From the NCBI GenBank assembly GCA_030704615.1, contig CM060734.1, positions 32,674,001-32,738,000 of the forward strand: a stretch of DNA of 64,000 nt, written 5' to 3'. The first letter of the stretch is position 1. Every line of letters starts with the position of its first letter. The notes under the pieces were generated by a model. It did not search any database. It saw only the letters and a list, made by a program, of their open reading frames with translations, and was not told the origin of the DNA. The position numbers were made by a program, and so were the translations under genes. This document shows, in pieces, positions 24,331-38,215 of this stretch. Source of the stretch: Takakia lepidozioides (lineage: Eukaryota > Plantae > Bryophyta).

Positions 24331-27300
24331 CAAAACTTACAGAATTCAATATACATCTCAGGGCCGAGTCTGATGAGAGGGAAAAGCAGGCTGAAATAGG
24401 TCGAAGAAGAAGGTGCCCTCACCACATTGTCCTTGACGATTCAATATGTAATTCAGGGCCGAGTCTGATGAGAGGGAAAAACAGGCTGAAATAGGTCGAA
24501 GAAGAAGGTGCCCTCACCACATTCTCCAAGGCCTCCATACCACGCCCCTGTTGTGCACACCCTGCAAGCATCGTGTTCCACATGATGAAATATCGTTGAG
24601 GCATTCTGTTGAACACTTGGTGAGCATCCATGATGCTCCCGCACATAACATATATGTTGACAAGGGTGTTGAGTAGAAAAATATTTGGCGTGCACTTTGG
24701 ATAATGTGAGTGTGCACCTGCTTTCTAGCTTAACTAGGCCTTTCATCTTGATGCACTTATGCAAGAGACAAACATACGTATCTAATCTCTGCACTATGCA
24801 AAGACAACATACTATCTAAATCTGCTGAAATGCCTCCTTGTTTTAAAGTCAGTAAGGCTCTTTCAGTCTACCTGCCAAGCATCTTCACATGCCTAAGTGC
24901 CAGAAAGGCATTGTGACTCCCTCTCTTGATCCTCTTCAGAAGTTGGTCATGGTTGAGGGGCCTGACTTTATCAACTGTGCCGCTGCAGCTACTGCCTTTG
25001 GCGATGCAACCATGCACCTCTTTGCATCTGGTAATCTGACAGGCATTCACCTTGGTACAATTCCAGCTCTGAAGATGTCCATGTGGACCTCTTTCCCCTT
25101 TTCCAAAGCTGCCAGGGCAGTGTTCAGATTGACATTTGGTACAATTCCAGTTTTGATGATATCCCCATGCACCTCTTTGCCCTTCTCCAAGTCGGCTGCT
25201 AGGCTTGCACAAGCATTGCAAATGCACACAAACATGATGTGCTTCCATTGCTCATAGGTCTCCAAAGCCTCCATTCCACATCCCTGCTGTGCATACCCTG
25301 CAAGCACATCATATCGCACTCCATGACACCACATGTCGTTCAGCCATAGTGTCGAACACTCCCTTTGAATCCTAGATGCACCCACATTTTGCAAACATGT
25401 TCACCAGGGTATTGTTCAGAATGTCATCTGTTACAATTCCAGCTCTGAAGATGTCGCCATGCACATTTTTCCCCATTTCCAAAGCTGCAAGGGCAGTGTT
25501 CGATTGACATTTGGCACAATTCCAGCTTTGATGATATCCTCATGCATCTCTTGCCTTTCCAGGGCTGCCAGGCTTGCACGCACATTGCAAATGCACATCT
25601 CGTTCAGCCATAGTGTCGAACACTCCCTTTGCATCCTAGATGCACCCACATTTTGCAGACATGTTCACCAGGGTTTTGTTCAGAATGACATCTGGTACAA
25701 TTCCAACTCTGAAGATGTCACCATGGACCTCTTTCCCCTTTTCCAAAACTGCCAGGGCAGTGTTTAGATTGACATTTGGCACAATTCCATATCCCCATGC
25801 ACCTCTTGCCCTTCTCCAGGCCGGCTGCCAGGCTTGCACAAGCATTGCAAATGCACACAAACATGATGTGTTTCCCCCATCATTTGCTCAAAGCTCTCCA
25901 AAGCCTCCATCCCATGTCCTGCCGTGCATACCCTGCAAGCATCGCACTCCACGACACCACATCTCGTTCAGCCATAGTGTCGAACACTCCCTTTGCATCC
26001 TAGATGCACCCACATTTTGCAAACATGTTCACCAGGGTATTGTTCAGAATGACATCTGGTACAATTCCAGCTTTGAAGATGTCGCCATGGACCTCTTTCC
26101 CCTTTTCCAAAGCTGCTAGGGCAGTGTTCAAATTGACATTTGGCACAATTCCAGCTTTGATGATATCCCCATGCTCCTCTTGCCCTTCTCCAGGGCTGCC
26201 AGGCTTGCACAAGCAGTGCAAAATGCACACAAACATGATGTGTTTCTCCCATCCTTTGCTCATAGGTCTCCAAAACCTCCATCCCACGTCCCTGCCATGC
26301 ATACCTTGCAAGCATCGCACTCCACGACACCACATCTCGTTCAGCCATAGTGTCAAACACTCCCTTTGCATCCTAGATCCTAGATCCCTTTGCACCCACA
26401 TTTTGCAAACATGTCCACCAGGGTATGGTTCAGAATGACATTTGGTACAATTTCAGCTCTGAAGATGTCGCCATGGACCTCTTTCCCCTTTTCCAGAGCT
26501 GCCAGGGCAGTGTTCATAATGACATTTGGTACAATTCCAGCTTTGATGATACCCCATGCACCTCTTTGCCCTCGTCCAGGCGCTCGATGCACCACATTTC
26601 GCATACATGTCCACAGGGTATGGTTCAGACTGACATTTGGTACAATTCCAGCTCTGAAAGTGTCGCCATGGACCTCTTTCCCCTTTTCCAGAGCTGCCAG
26701 GGCAGTGTTCAAAATGACATTTGGTACAATTCCAGCTTTGATGATAACCCCATGCACCTCTTTACCCTTGTCCAGGGCTGCCAGGCTTGCACAAACATTG
26801 CAAATGCACACAAAGTGGCCGGGCTTCACCCCCTCCCCCATCATTGGATCATAGGTCTCCAAAGCCTCCATCCCACGTCCCTGTTGTGCATACCCTGCAA
26901 GCATCGCACTCCACAACACCACATCTCGTTCAGCCATAGTGTCGAAAAGTCCCTTTGCATCCTCCAATGCATCCACATTTGGCATACATGTCCAGGTCAG
27001 GGCAGTGTTCAGAATGACATCCGGTGCAATTCCAGCTTTGACCGATGTCACCATGGACCTCGTTCCCTTCCCAGGCTTGCACACGCATTTCAAACACATA
27101 CAAACGCGATGTGGTTGGGCTCACCCCTTCGCGCATCATTTGCTCACAGGTCTCCAAAGCATTCGTACCACGCCCATGCTTGGTAATCCTGCCAACATTA
27201 TTTCCACGTGATCAAGATCGTTGAGGCATTCTGTGTTGAACACTTGGTGATCATCCATGATGCTCCCCTTAACATACATGTAGACAAGGTTGTTGAGTAG

Positions 27301-27950
27301 AAAAACGCTCGGCGTGAATCCACTTTGGACAATGTGAATATGCACCTGCTTTCCAACTTCTAGGCTTTTCATCTTGATGCACTTATGCAAGAGACACACA
27401 TACGTATCTACATCTGCTGAAATGCCTCTTTGGTTTAAAGTTGTAGAGCCTCTTTCAGTCTGCCTGCCTCATAAAGCATCTTCATCACATGCCCATAAGT
27501 GCCAGAAGAGGCATTGTGGACTCCCTCGCTTGATCCTCTTCCAGAAGTTGTGGTCATGGTTGAGGTGCCTGATTTTATCAACTGTGCCGCTACAGCTGCC
27601 GCTTCCAGCTAACCATCTACCCCTGGAGGTTTCTTGTAGCTATCCTTCACAGGGATCCATAGGTAATCTGGAGCTTGAAATCCGACCCTCTTGGATGAAT
27701 ATGGACCCACACTCTATCCTGCTCCTTCAGCTATCACTGCCTCTGCCTCTGCACATCATGCATACATCCTTGCCTTGCTGCCAATGCGATCATCGCACTC
27801 CACGACACCACATCTCGTTGAGCCACAATCGAACACTACCTTCGCATCTTCAATGCGACCGCATTTGGCATACATGTCCACTAGGGCGTTTCAGAACGAC
27901 AAACCCTACAATTCCAGCTTTCACGATGTCACCATGGACCTTCCATGTCA
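23200..27950 (-). pseudogene. Degenerate PLS PPR arrays inside the CACTA element
   Basis: Many frameshifted ORFs with ALEKGKEVHGDIIKAGIVPNV/LNT repeats, including runs of tandem half-motifs at 25050-26760. Confidence 0.88.
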
Positions 27951-28506
27951 CTTCCAGGTGGAGGTAGTACATATTAAAATATCTATTCCCCAAGGCCACA
28001 TTTTCTTTACCTGTTTTTGTGAAACACGCGTCAGCAAATGTGGCCCCGAATCATGGGTGCAATCAATGCGCAGTGGTTCATGGAGTCGTTGAGTCGACTA
28101 CATATTCACTTTAATGAATAAATATCTTTATTCCATTAATCAAATTATGAATGAAAAATTTCTAGTCGCATGTGCAGTAATTAGAACCACATGTAATTTC
28201 TGCTTTTTCAAATTTTATGTATTTACGCAATTAATTAAATAGCCCGGATTTTTGCTACGACTCCAGAGTCGTTAACCCCACTTCTGCCTGCCGTCTGAAA
28301 TGCCCCCGTGGGCCCACATTGTCCGTTTCTACTCTCCAGTAGTCTCGTTTACTGCCAAGTGGTTCTCGGAGTGGTTGGCGGACATCCAGTCGATTCGCAA
28401 AAGACACGAATGCTTCTAGTGGGTGCAGCCCAACCGCAACACATTTGTTTGTGTTTGCAATGCGTGTGCAAGCCTAGGAGCTCTGGAAAAGGGCAAAGAG
28501 GTCCAT

Positions 28507-29229
28507 TGTCGCGCACCTCACTTCGGTAAGCTCCCCGTCAAGTCATAGTTACTCGCTTTGATGCGCGCGCCTGACTCCCAACCTGGCCGCCCGGGCCAAC
28601 TTGGAGCTTCGGCTGCTCATCGGGACATAACGGTCCCCCTTTGCTTCCCTCTAAACCCTCCACCTATTTGGGACTAGGAGAATTCCTTTTGGTAGATGGC
28701 AGTCCGGAACAGCTCCCCACTCTTTGGTCGCTTTCCGGCTCGCTCGCTTACTCACTAGTTTTTGGTCACCAACGGGTTTGCACCGTTCTCGGGGTTACTA
28801 CTCCCTATATATACTTCTGTAGCTGTCCGCGGGGGTTTCACAACCAGCCATGCCATTTTATGGCGAACCACCACGAAAACCCTCGACTCCCGGTGATGAG
28901 TTGCGGTGAGTCTTGGCCCGCTCACCACGGCCCCTATGGACCGTGATGAGTCCCAAGATCCCCACGACTCCCACCACGAGGTCTCTCCGCCCCCATGGTG
29001 AGTCCTATGCCACCCCCACTAAGTCCCCGCTAAGCTACCACCACCCCTTGTGGAGCCACCCCACCGCAACCCGGTGTGCGGGGCTCCACCTAGTGAGCGC
29101 CTCCGCGTCCTTGAGTGCCTTGGGCACTCAAGGGTGCTTCAGCCCCCTATACCTATCGCTACGCTGCCCCCACCCCATAGGGGGGCAGCCCCTCATTGTC
29201 CCGACCCCCTGCCTCAAGGGGCCGCGACA
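28507..29229 (-). repeat. 3' LTR of element A (inverted)
   Basis: Reverse complement of 3124-3848. On the minus strand it is preceded by a G-rich tract and followed by TSD ATGGA and the PPR continuation CCTCTTTGCCC. Confidence 0.92.
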
Positions 29230-30057
29230 CACACCCCACCAACAGGGAGTCGATGTCCTCATCGACTTGTCCATTTTGTAGAAACGAACATCCAAGTTGT
29301 GGCGTCCCACATCAAGGAGTTTGTTTCCATACCATGGCGTCCCATGGCAAAGAACCAAACCCCACACTTGACTCTATTCTCCACTAGCTAGTTCGGCCGA
29401 CTTCCTCCAAGTCCCGGCCAAGGGTGGAGCCTCTCAAGCTCCTCCCAGCACTCTTCTTGGCCTACTTCAAGGCCAAGGAACGATCCTCCCCGAGGATCGA
29501 ATCGCTTTACTGCAACAACATTGCTTGCGACCGCTCATGATGCCGCTTTTTGGCATCACCTTGAGCAAGGGTTCACCTGGAACCCTCTTTGACTAGGAAG
29601 ATAACTTTGAACCAACCGTGCGCCCCAATCACTACAATTGGGTCCGCCTTGGAAGGCTGGCCTGAGGTGCGGGAACACGCCGAAGTCACACTACGACTTT
29701 GTCCCGAGGCTACACGATTATAGTACGTGAACGGAAGCACGTGGCTTCCGCGTTAGCCCGCACTACAAGGCAACCCCCTCGGTAGCGCAGTTATAGTACG
29801 CGCACGCGTCAGGTGCGCACTAGCACATGAACTCCCAAAGAAGGCGCAAGTTTCCTTGCCCCTCAGATGGGGGTCACCCGATTTCGGCACTACACAAACA
29901 CACGATTAACCCAATTTACCTCTTCCACTTTTATAAGCTAGCATGCATTCTACACACTAGCCAACCATACCATGCATCACCATTCCAAACAAAATAGGAC
30001 GCACAACATTTGGAATCCGTTTCATTTATATCACGTTTTGTACAATACAAGTTTTGA

Positions 30058-30547
30058 AAGGCAGGCGAATCGAAAGCGGAGGGAAGTGAAGTTTGAGGCA
30101 GGCACGGAGGTCTGGTTGAACATCAAGAATTTCCGACTACCTCCGGAAGTGAGTCCGAAGTTCGTACCTCCGTATGCGGGACCCTTTCGCATTCGGAAGG
30201 TTATGAATGAGGATGTGTATGAATTGGAGCTGTCGGCAAACAGCAAGGTGCACCCAGTATTCCATGTCTCCATTTTGAAGCCTTACTTCAAAGATGAAGC
30301 GCGTCCGAATCGGCATCAAGTGTTGCGCCCGCCACCTATGCTGTTGGATCATGAAAATGAACCCGAGTACGAGGTGGAGGCAATACTTAAGTCAATGAGG
30401 TTCAAGAACCGAGAAACGGAGTATCTCGTCAAATGGAAGGGCTATCATCATGTGGAGGCATCTTGGGTGCGTGCCTCAGAAATGGGAAACGCATCCGAGG
30501 CGGTCGCAGCTTTCGAAGGGCGACCTCAAAAGCGGAAGAAGCGTTGA
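30058..30547 (+). pseudogene. Element A integrase C-terminus (GPY/F) and chromodomain
   Basis: YAGPFRI, HPVFHVSILKPY and YEVEAIL...EYLVKWKGY...SW motifs. Joins 19825 in frame (KRY-ERQANRKR). Confidence 0.9.
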
Positions 30548-30620
30548 TGGGGACATCAACCTTGGAGCGTGGGGGAGGAAATGCATGCTTAGCCCGGCTT
30601 AGCTAGCTTAGGAATCCGAG

Positions 30621-33600
30621 TGCAGCTCTGACAATGTCGCCATGGACCTCTTTCGCCCTTTTCCGGAGCTGCTAGGCTTGCACACGCATCGCAAATGCAC
30701 TCAAATGTGATGTGGTTGGGCTTCACCCCTTCCCCATCATTTGATTATAGGTCTCCAAAGCCTTCATACCACGTCTTTGTTGTGCATACCCTGCAAGCAT
30801 CGTCTTCCATGACACCACATCTCGTTCAGCCATAGTGTTGAAAACTCCCTTCGCATCCTTAATGCACCCACATTTGGCATATATGTCCACCAGGGCAGTG
30901 TTCAGAATGACATCTGGTACAATTCCAGCTTTGACGATGTCACCATGGACCTCTTTCCCCTTTTCTAGAGCTCCCAGGTTTGACATGTTGAGGAGAAAAA
31001 CACTTGGCGTGAATCCACTTTGGATAATGTGAGTGTGCACCTGCTTTCCAGCTTCCAGACCTTTCATCTTGATGCACTTAAGCAAGAGACAGACAAACGT
31101 ATCTGAATCTACTGAAATGCCTCCTACGTTTGGCATACATGTCCACGAGGGTATTGTTCAGAATCACATCTGGTACAATTCATGCTTTCGCGATGCAACC
31201 ATGCACCTCTTTGCCCTTTTCCAGGGCTGCCAGACTTGCAAATGCATAGACGTGATGTGGTCGGGCTTCACCCCTTCCACCATCATTTACTCATAGGTCT
31301 CCAAAGCCTCCATCCCACGCCCCTGTTGTGCATAAGCATGGCGTTCCGCGGCACCACATTTCATTCAGCCACATTGTTGAACACTGTTATCTGTTTTTGG
31401 ATATTTTCTTGCTGCCACATTGGTAGTTACTTGTCAAAGTCATTCCACCCAGACAATCTTCTCAGCTCAGCATGGATTTCCTTAATTTTGGGATGCAACT
31501 TGTCATCTACAACGAAGGTGTGCACCCTGTTGCCAACCTCAATGTAGCAGCGACTTGGCTCCTGGCTCCTTTCTACCCCCTCTGACCGTGATCATTCTTC
31601 TCACCTTTGCAGTATCATCCCACCTACCAGCTGCGGCATAGATGTTTGATAGCAACACATAAGTCACGCCATCTCCACATTGTCATGGATTCTGCAGGCA
31701 CCAAGCAAGGCCTTCCACACCACAACATCTGGATTTCAGTAGGCCAGTGTGGCTGCATGCAGAGAAAATACATATAAAGGTGATATTGTCCGGCTTCAAG
31801 CCGTTCTTTCGTATTCCTTCAAATAGTTGCAGGACCTTGACAACCATGCTGGGCATATCGTGCGATCATCGCATTCCACGACACCACATTTCATTCAGCC
31901 ACATTGTCAAAGACTCCCTTTGCTCGACCACTCATGCATACATCCTTGCTTTGTTGCTAGCAGCCGACAATGACAACCTAGATTTGTTCTAGGAAACACC
32001 CAACTCAACTTATCATACTAGTTCCTATGCTCAATTGCATCTGCTACTCTCTGTTATCCAACAGGCATTTACCTTTTTGCCTCGATTGTCCCACCATTAA
32101 CAAGGGTCAGATAAGTATTCATTCCACAGCTTCTCCTCGCCTGAGTAAAAATTGGCGATCCAAAAGCCTTGTCTTCAGGCTGCAACCTGCATAGGCCTTG
32201 TATTCTTTTTTACCATCACAGACAAGGTCCATGCGAGGACTCCACATATGCAGACTACCATTTTCTGCACCTGATCCAGAGTACGCAACACAAAATGTGT
32301 CAGAAGCATATCCTCTCTTTCATCCCCTTCCGCAATGTTTCAAGATTGGAAAGATCTCCTCTGTTTGTGGTGTGATCTATATCCAGCTTCGCCCTGCCAC
32401 CTTTTTCAGACTTCTATCCTCCATCAATTTTCTGGTCTTTTCTAGATTGTCCACATCTGAGTTGCAGCATAGATATTTGACAGCAACATATACACTGAGG
32501 GGAGGCGAGAGTGGTTGAGCCACCATCTTTCAAGAAATAACCCCAACTACAAGGGAGAAGCAGTAGAAGCATCAACATGCGTCCTAGGATGCATTCAACT
32601 AGCTCCTGTTGCTGTAATTATGGAAGCATCAAACACTCTCCGCGCATCCACCACGCTTCCACACCTGGCATACATGTTGACAAAGGCATTCCCTAAACAG
32701 ACAATTGCCTCAACTCCACCTTCTGTGATGTGGGCATGTACACGCCTGTCCTGTTCCGGTGTTGCTGGCCGGTGCAGGCATTGAGGATGGTAACAAATGT
32801 GAGCTTGTCAGGCTTCATACCTACTCGTTGCATTTGCCAGAAGAGTTCAAATGCCTCTTCACTGCACCCTTGCTGAATGTATCCTGCAATCATTGCATTC
32901 CATGAAACCACATCTTGTTCAGGCATCTCGGCATGCATCCACCAGACTCCCACACTTGACATACATGCTGAGAAGGGTGTTTCCCACACGGACATCTGAC
33001 TCAAAGCCAGCTTCAATGATATGGGCATGGACCATCACGCCTTCTAGTTGCATTTGCCAAAAGAGCTGAAATGCATCTTCCATGAGCATTCCATGAAATC
33101 ACATCTCGCCTAGACATTTTCAAACATCTTTCGCGCATCCACCAAACTCCCACACTTGGCATACATATGGACAAGGCTAGTTCCTACATAAACATCTGAT
33201 TCAAATCCAGCTCTGACAATGTGGGCATGAAGCCCTTGCCCTGCCTAGAGCTGCTGGGCTGACACACCTTTTGAGGATGCAAATGAGAGTGACCTTGTCG
33301 GACTCTACACCTTCTTGTGGCATTTGCCCAAAGAGTTCAAATGCCTCTTCACCATGCCCTTGCTCAGTACATCCTGCAATTATTGCAGTCCAAGAGACCA
33401 TGTCTCATTTCGGCATTTTGGCATCAAATGCCAAAATCCATGCCTTTGCGCAAATCATGCATTCATCTTTTCCCTTGCTGCTAGCAGCTGACAATGACAA
33501 CCTAGGAAACACCCAATCACACTAGTTCCTATGCTGAATTGCGTATGTTACTCTCTGTCATCTAACAAGGATTCAATTTTTTGCCTCGGTTGTCCCACCA

Positions 33601-34865
33601 TTGACTAGTGTCAACAAAGTATTCATTCCACACCTTCTCTCTGTTACCTGTTTTCGGATACTTTCATGTTATCACATTGGCAGTATCATGTTAAAGTCAC
33701 TCCAAACCAGATTCACTCAACTAGCTAACTTGCAGAATTCAACATGGAAATTTAGGGCCGACTCTGACAAGAGGGAAAAACAGGGTGAAATGTGTTGAAG
33801 AAGGTGCCTGAACATTAGCGGTGCCTTGTTCTATCATTTGTGCCGCTGCCGTTGCTGTTTCTAGTTGACCATCTACCCAACGACCTAACATGCAGAATTC
33901 AATATGCATCTCAGGGCCGAGTCTGATGAGAGGGCAAAACAGGCTGAAATAGGTCGAAGAAGGCGCCCTCACCACATTGAGTCCTTGAAAATTCAATATG
34001 CATCTCAGGTCCGAGTCTGATGAGAGGGAAAAATAGGCTGAAATAGGTCGAAGAAGAAGGTGCCCTCACCACATTGTCCTTGACCTTGTGGCATGATCCA
34101 TGGAGGATCAACACGGTGCAGCTGAGCAGGCATATATTGAAACACAACCTGCTAAGACCGAGCTGACTCTCCCAAGAACCTTGTAAACATAATCAGGAAG
34201 AATATCAAATCATGGTACTTACAGGAGCCAAGAGCCCACATGTGCAGGATGGACAAACTTCTTCACATCGTACATTAAGAAAAAGCCACACCTTGCGATT
34301 GAGGTTGTCCCACCATCGTGAGTGACATATGAATGACATATGGTACAATTCCAGCTTTGACGTTGTCACCATGGACCTCTTTCCCCTTTTCCAGAGCTCC
34401 CAGGCTTGCACACGCATTGCAAACACAAACAAATCTGATGTGGTTGGGCTTCACCCCTTTGCGCAGAATCTGCTCATAGGTCTCAAAAGCATTCCTACCA
34501 CACCCATGCTTGGTAAATCCTGCCAACATTATATTCCACGTGATCAAGGTCGTTGAGGCATTCTGTTGAATGCTTGGTGAGCATCCATGATGCTCCCGCC
34601 CTTAACGTACATGTGACAAGGATGTTGAATAGAAAACCATTTGGCGTGAATCCACTTTGGATAATGTGCGTGTGCACCTGCTTTCCGACTTCCAGACCTT
34701 TCATCTTGATGCACTTAAGCAAGAGACAGACATAGGTATCTGAATGCCTCCTTGGTTTAAAGTCCGTAGAGCCTCTGTCAGTTTGTTTGCCTCACAAAGC
34801 ATCTTCACATGCACAGAAGTACTAAAAGAGGCATTGTGGACTCCCTCTCTCAATCCTCTTCAGAA
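30621..34865 (-). pseudogene. Mosaic of PLS PPR fragments from at least two subfamilies, with E-region remnants and PDF-motif modules
   Basis: ORFs 30723..31136, 32693..33028, 33201..33401 and 34275..34722. KKVAGRSWI (PG-box-like) near 32390. Confidence 0.8.
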
Positions 34866-35825
34866 GCTCGAGCACGCGGGGGCATCCCTTCCCCGCACTG
34901 CTTTTCGGGCATTTCGGGCAGGTTCCAAAGAAATTGACGACGACGATGACGTGTCTACGATGACCTGGCTACGATGACATGTCTACGATGATGTGGCGAC
35001 AAAACGTGGCAACGATGACGTGGCACTATGGCACCCTATTCATGCTCTACGCTAAACTAGCTTCCGACCCTCAATCGTCGCTAGAACTAGGGCTTCGCGT
35101 TGCTCCGCACTACTAGCGACGAATTCTGAGAACTACGTTCAATTTTTCACAAAAAATGGGTGAGTCATCCCCACGGTGTTACATGCAGAGATCATGTTTT
35201 TTGTTTTTTTCTGGAAGATTTCTGGAAGAAAAATGGTGGATCTGCATTTCAATGTTCAATTTTCACAAGCCGCATACCCAAATACCCTTACATTCACTAT
35301 ATGAACTTTCAAGCATCCACCATGGGATTGGATCTTGGTGGGTTAACGCTAGCTTTTGACAATATTCATGCAAGTTCGTCAAGGGCTCCATCCAAATCCA
35401 CACCACGAGAAACAAACAAATATGTCCAAATTTAAGATGCTGAACAAACTTGTGCACAGGGCTGCCCCTCTCATCAAGCTCATTAAAATTCGTATTCACT
35501 TCCATCTTCAAGCTTTGGACAAGCTCCACCACCCAAACCCAGAGTTAGGATAGTACTTTGATTTCCATCCACTGTCACCAGAATCAGTCAAAAATCACGT
35601 GCACTTGTGGGCGGGTTTCCCACCTATGCCGGGTAGACCCCACTATCAGGAAATGGTGGATGGTCTGAGTAGCTACACAGATCAATGAATGAAGCAAGAC
35701 ACTTGCATCTTGCACACTCAACAGTACATGATGGTCAGTACTCTCAGGAAATGGTGGATGATCTGAGTAGCTTCACAGATCAATAAATGAAGCAAGACAC
35801 TAGCATCTTTCCAAGAAAAATCCTT

Positions 35826-38215
35826 TCACCAGTAATCACCACAAGAACAAATCCCATCTTCAAAGTGGTGGAAAGTAGTTAGCGTCCCATACAACAATTG
35901 CTCGGCCAACAATCTTTGAGATGAATTTGGTGGAGGTGTGGCACTCTCCACACACTCGAAGATTCTGGATGAGTCGTGCTGATCAGCCCAAAACCAATGG
36001 CCAGCTTCTCACGATGGTGGCAAAGAGAAAATTCCTTTCCTCCATATCATGCAATAAAGAGCGTGTGTCAGGCACATACCCCGCCTCCTTCATCTGTTAT
36101 GAGACCCTCTGGTACAAGTGGGTCAGGGTAACAAGAGCAAGACTAACACTGGTAATAGGTATGAAGCTGCGTAACATCTTCAAAGTGGTGGAAAGTAGTT
36201 AGCGTCCCATACAACAATTGCTCGGCCAACAATCTTTGAGATGAATTTGGTGGAGGTGTGGCAGTCTCTACACCCTCGAAGATTCTTGATGAGTCGTGCT
36301 GATCAGCCCAAAACCAATGGCCAGCTTCTCACTGTGGTGGCAAAGTGAAAATTCCTTTCCTCTATATCATGCAATAAAGAGCGTGTGTCAGGCACATACC
36401 CCGCCTCCTTCATGTGCCCATACAATCTTCTCAGCTCAGCATGGATTTCCTTGATTCTGGGATGCAACTTGACATCTGGCTCCTTTCTAACCCCTGACCT
36501 TCATCATTCTTCTCACCTTTGCAGTATCATCCCACCTGCCAGCTGCAGCATAGATGTTTGATATAGCAACACATAAGTCGCGACATCCTGCTCATCCCAC
36601 TTGAAGATAGATGTTGCCACAACCATCTCCACATTGTCGGCATGCCATGGATTCCGCAGGCACCAAGCAAGGCCTTCCAGACCACAACATATTGGATTGA
36701 TTGGCATTTTATTAATCAGGTCCACTGCCTCATGTAGTTGGCCCGCGCGTCCAGAAGGTCCACCATGAAGCCAAAGTGCTTTATTGGCGGGGCACTGACA
36801 CCATGATCTTGACTCAGGAAATCGAAGTAGCGTCTTCCTTCATTGAGTAGGTCAGTGTGGCTGCATGCAAAGAGAACACATATAAAGGTGATACTGATGT
36901 GGTTCCACGTCACCCCTTCCCCCATCATATGCTCATAGGTCTCCAAGGCCTCCATCCTACGCCCCTGTTGTGCATATCCTGCAAGCATGGCGTTCCATGA
37001 CACCAAATCTCGTTCAGCCATACTGTTGAACACTCCTTCCGCATCCTCAATGCTCCCACATTTGGCATACATGTCCACGAGTGTATTTTTTAGAATCACA
37101 TCTGGTACAATTCCAGCTTTGGCGACGCAACCATGCACCTCTTTGCCCTTTTCCAGGGCTGCCAGGCTTGTACACGCCTTGCAAACGCACACAAACGTGA
37201 TGTGGTTGGGCCTCACCCCTTCCCCCATCATTTGCTCATAGGTCTCCAAAGCCTCCATCCCACGCCCCTGCTATGCATACCCCTACAAGCATTGCGTTCC
37301 ACGACACCACATCTCGTTCAGCCATAGTGTTGAAATTAACTCCCTTTGCATCCTTAATGCACCCACATTTGGCATACATGTCCACCAGGGCCGTGTTCAG
37401 GATGACATCTGGTACAATTGCAGCTTTGACGATGTCACCATGGACCTCTTTCCCTTTTTCCAGAGCTCCCAGGCTTGCACACGCATTGCAAACACAAACA
37501 AATGTGATGTGGTTGGTTTTCCCCCCTTCGCACATCATTTGCTCATAGGTCTCCAAAGCCTCCATCCCGCACCCTTGCTGTGCATATCTTGCAATCATCA
37601 CACTCCACGACACCACATCACGTTCAGCCATATTGTCCAATACTCCATTTGCATCCTCGATGCACCTACATTTGACATACATGTCCACTAGGGCAATGTT
37701 CATAATGACATCGGGTACAATTCCAGATTTGAGAATGTCACCATGGACCTCTTTGCACTTTTCCAGGGCTGTCAGGCTTGCACACACATTGCAAATGCAA
37801 ACAAACGTCATGTGGTTGGGCTTCACCCCCTTCGCACATCATTTGCTCATAGGTCTCCAAAGCCTCCATCCCGCGCCCTTGCTATGCATATCCTGCAATC
37901 ATCGCACTCCACGACACCACATCTCGTCCAGCCATACTGTCAAACACTCCCTTCATATATGTCCACGAGGGACATTTGGAACAACTGCAGCTCTGACCAT
38001 GTCGCCATGGACGTCTTTGCCCTTTTCCAGAGCTGCCAGGCTTGCACACGCATTGCAAATGCACAGAAACGCGATGTGGTCGGGCTTCACCCCTTCCCTC
38101 ATCATTTGATCATAGGTCTCCAAAGCCTCCATACCACGTCCCTACTGTGGATACCCTGCAAGCATCGTGTTCCATGACACCACATCTCGTTCAGCCATAG
38201 TGTTGAAAACTCCCT
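35826..38215 (-). pseudogene. PLS-E-DYW RNA-editing factor pseudogene with a tandemly duplicated DYW domain
   Basis: PPR array at 36716-38215. MKEAGYVPDT...H(S/R)EKLA...NLRVC..CH...FHHFEDG is present twice (~36177-36412 and ~35857-36092). The final copy ends CSCGDYW* at 35826. Confidence 0.9.

Larger units (their letters stand above)
20306..28421. mobile_element. Non-autonomous Pack-type CACTA element carrying PPR gene fragments
   Basis: Perfect 19-bp TIR CACTAGAAGCATTCGTGTC (20306-20324 and 28403-28421) with 3-bp TSD GGT. No transposase seen inside. Confidence 0.93.

Noticed and set aside
36716-37826. Functional PPR editing gene
   Set aside because: Frameshifts between ORFs and deletions in the E and DYW regions; some could be sequencing error, but an intact gene cannot be supported.
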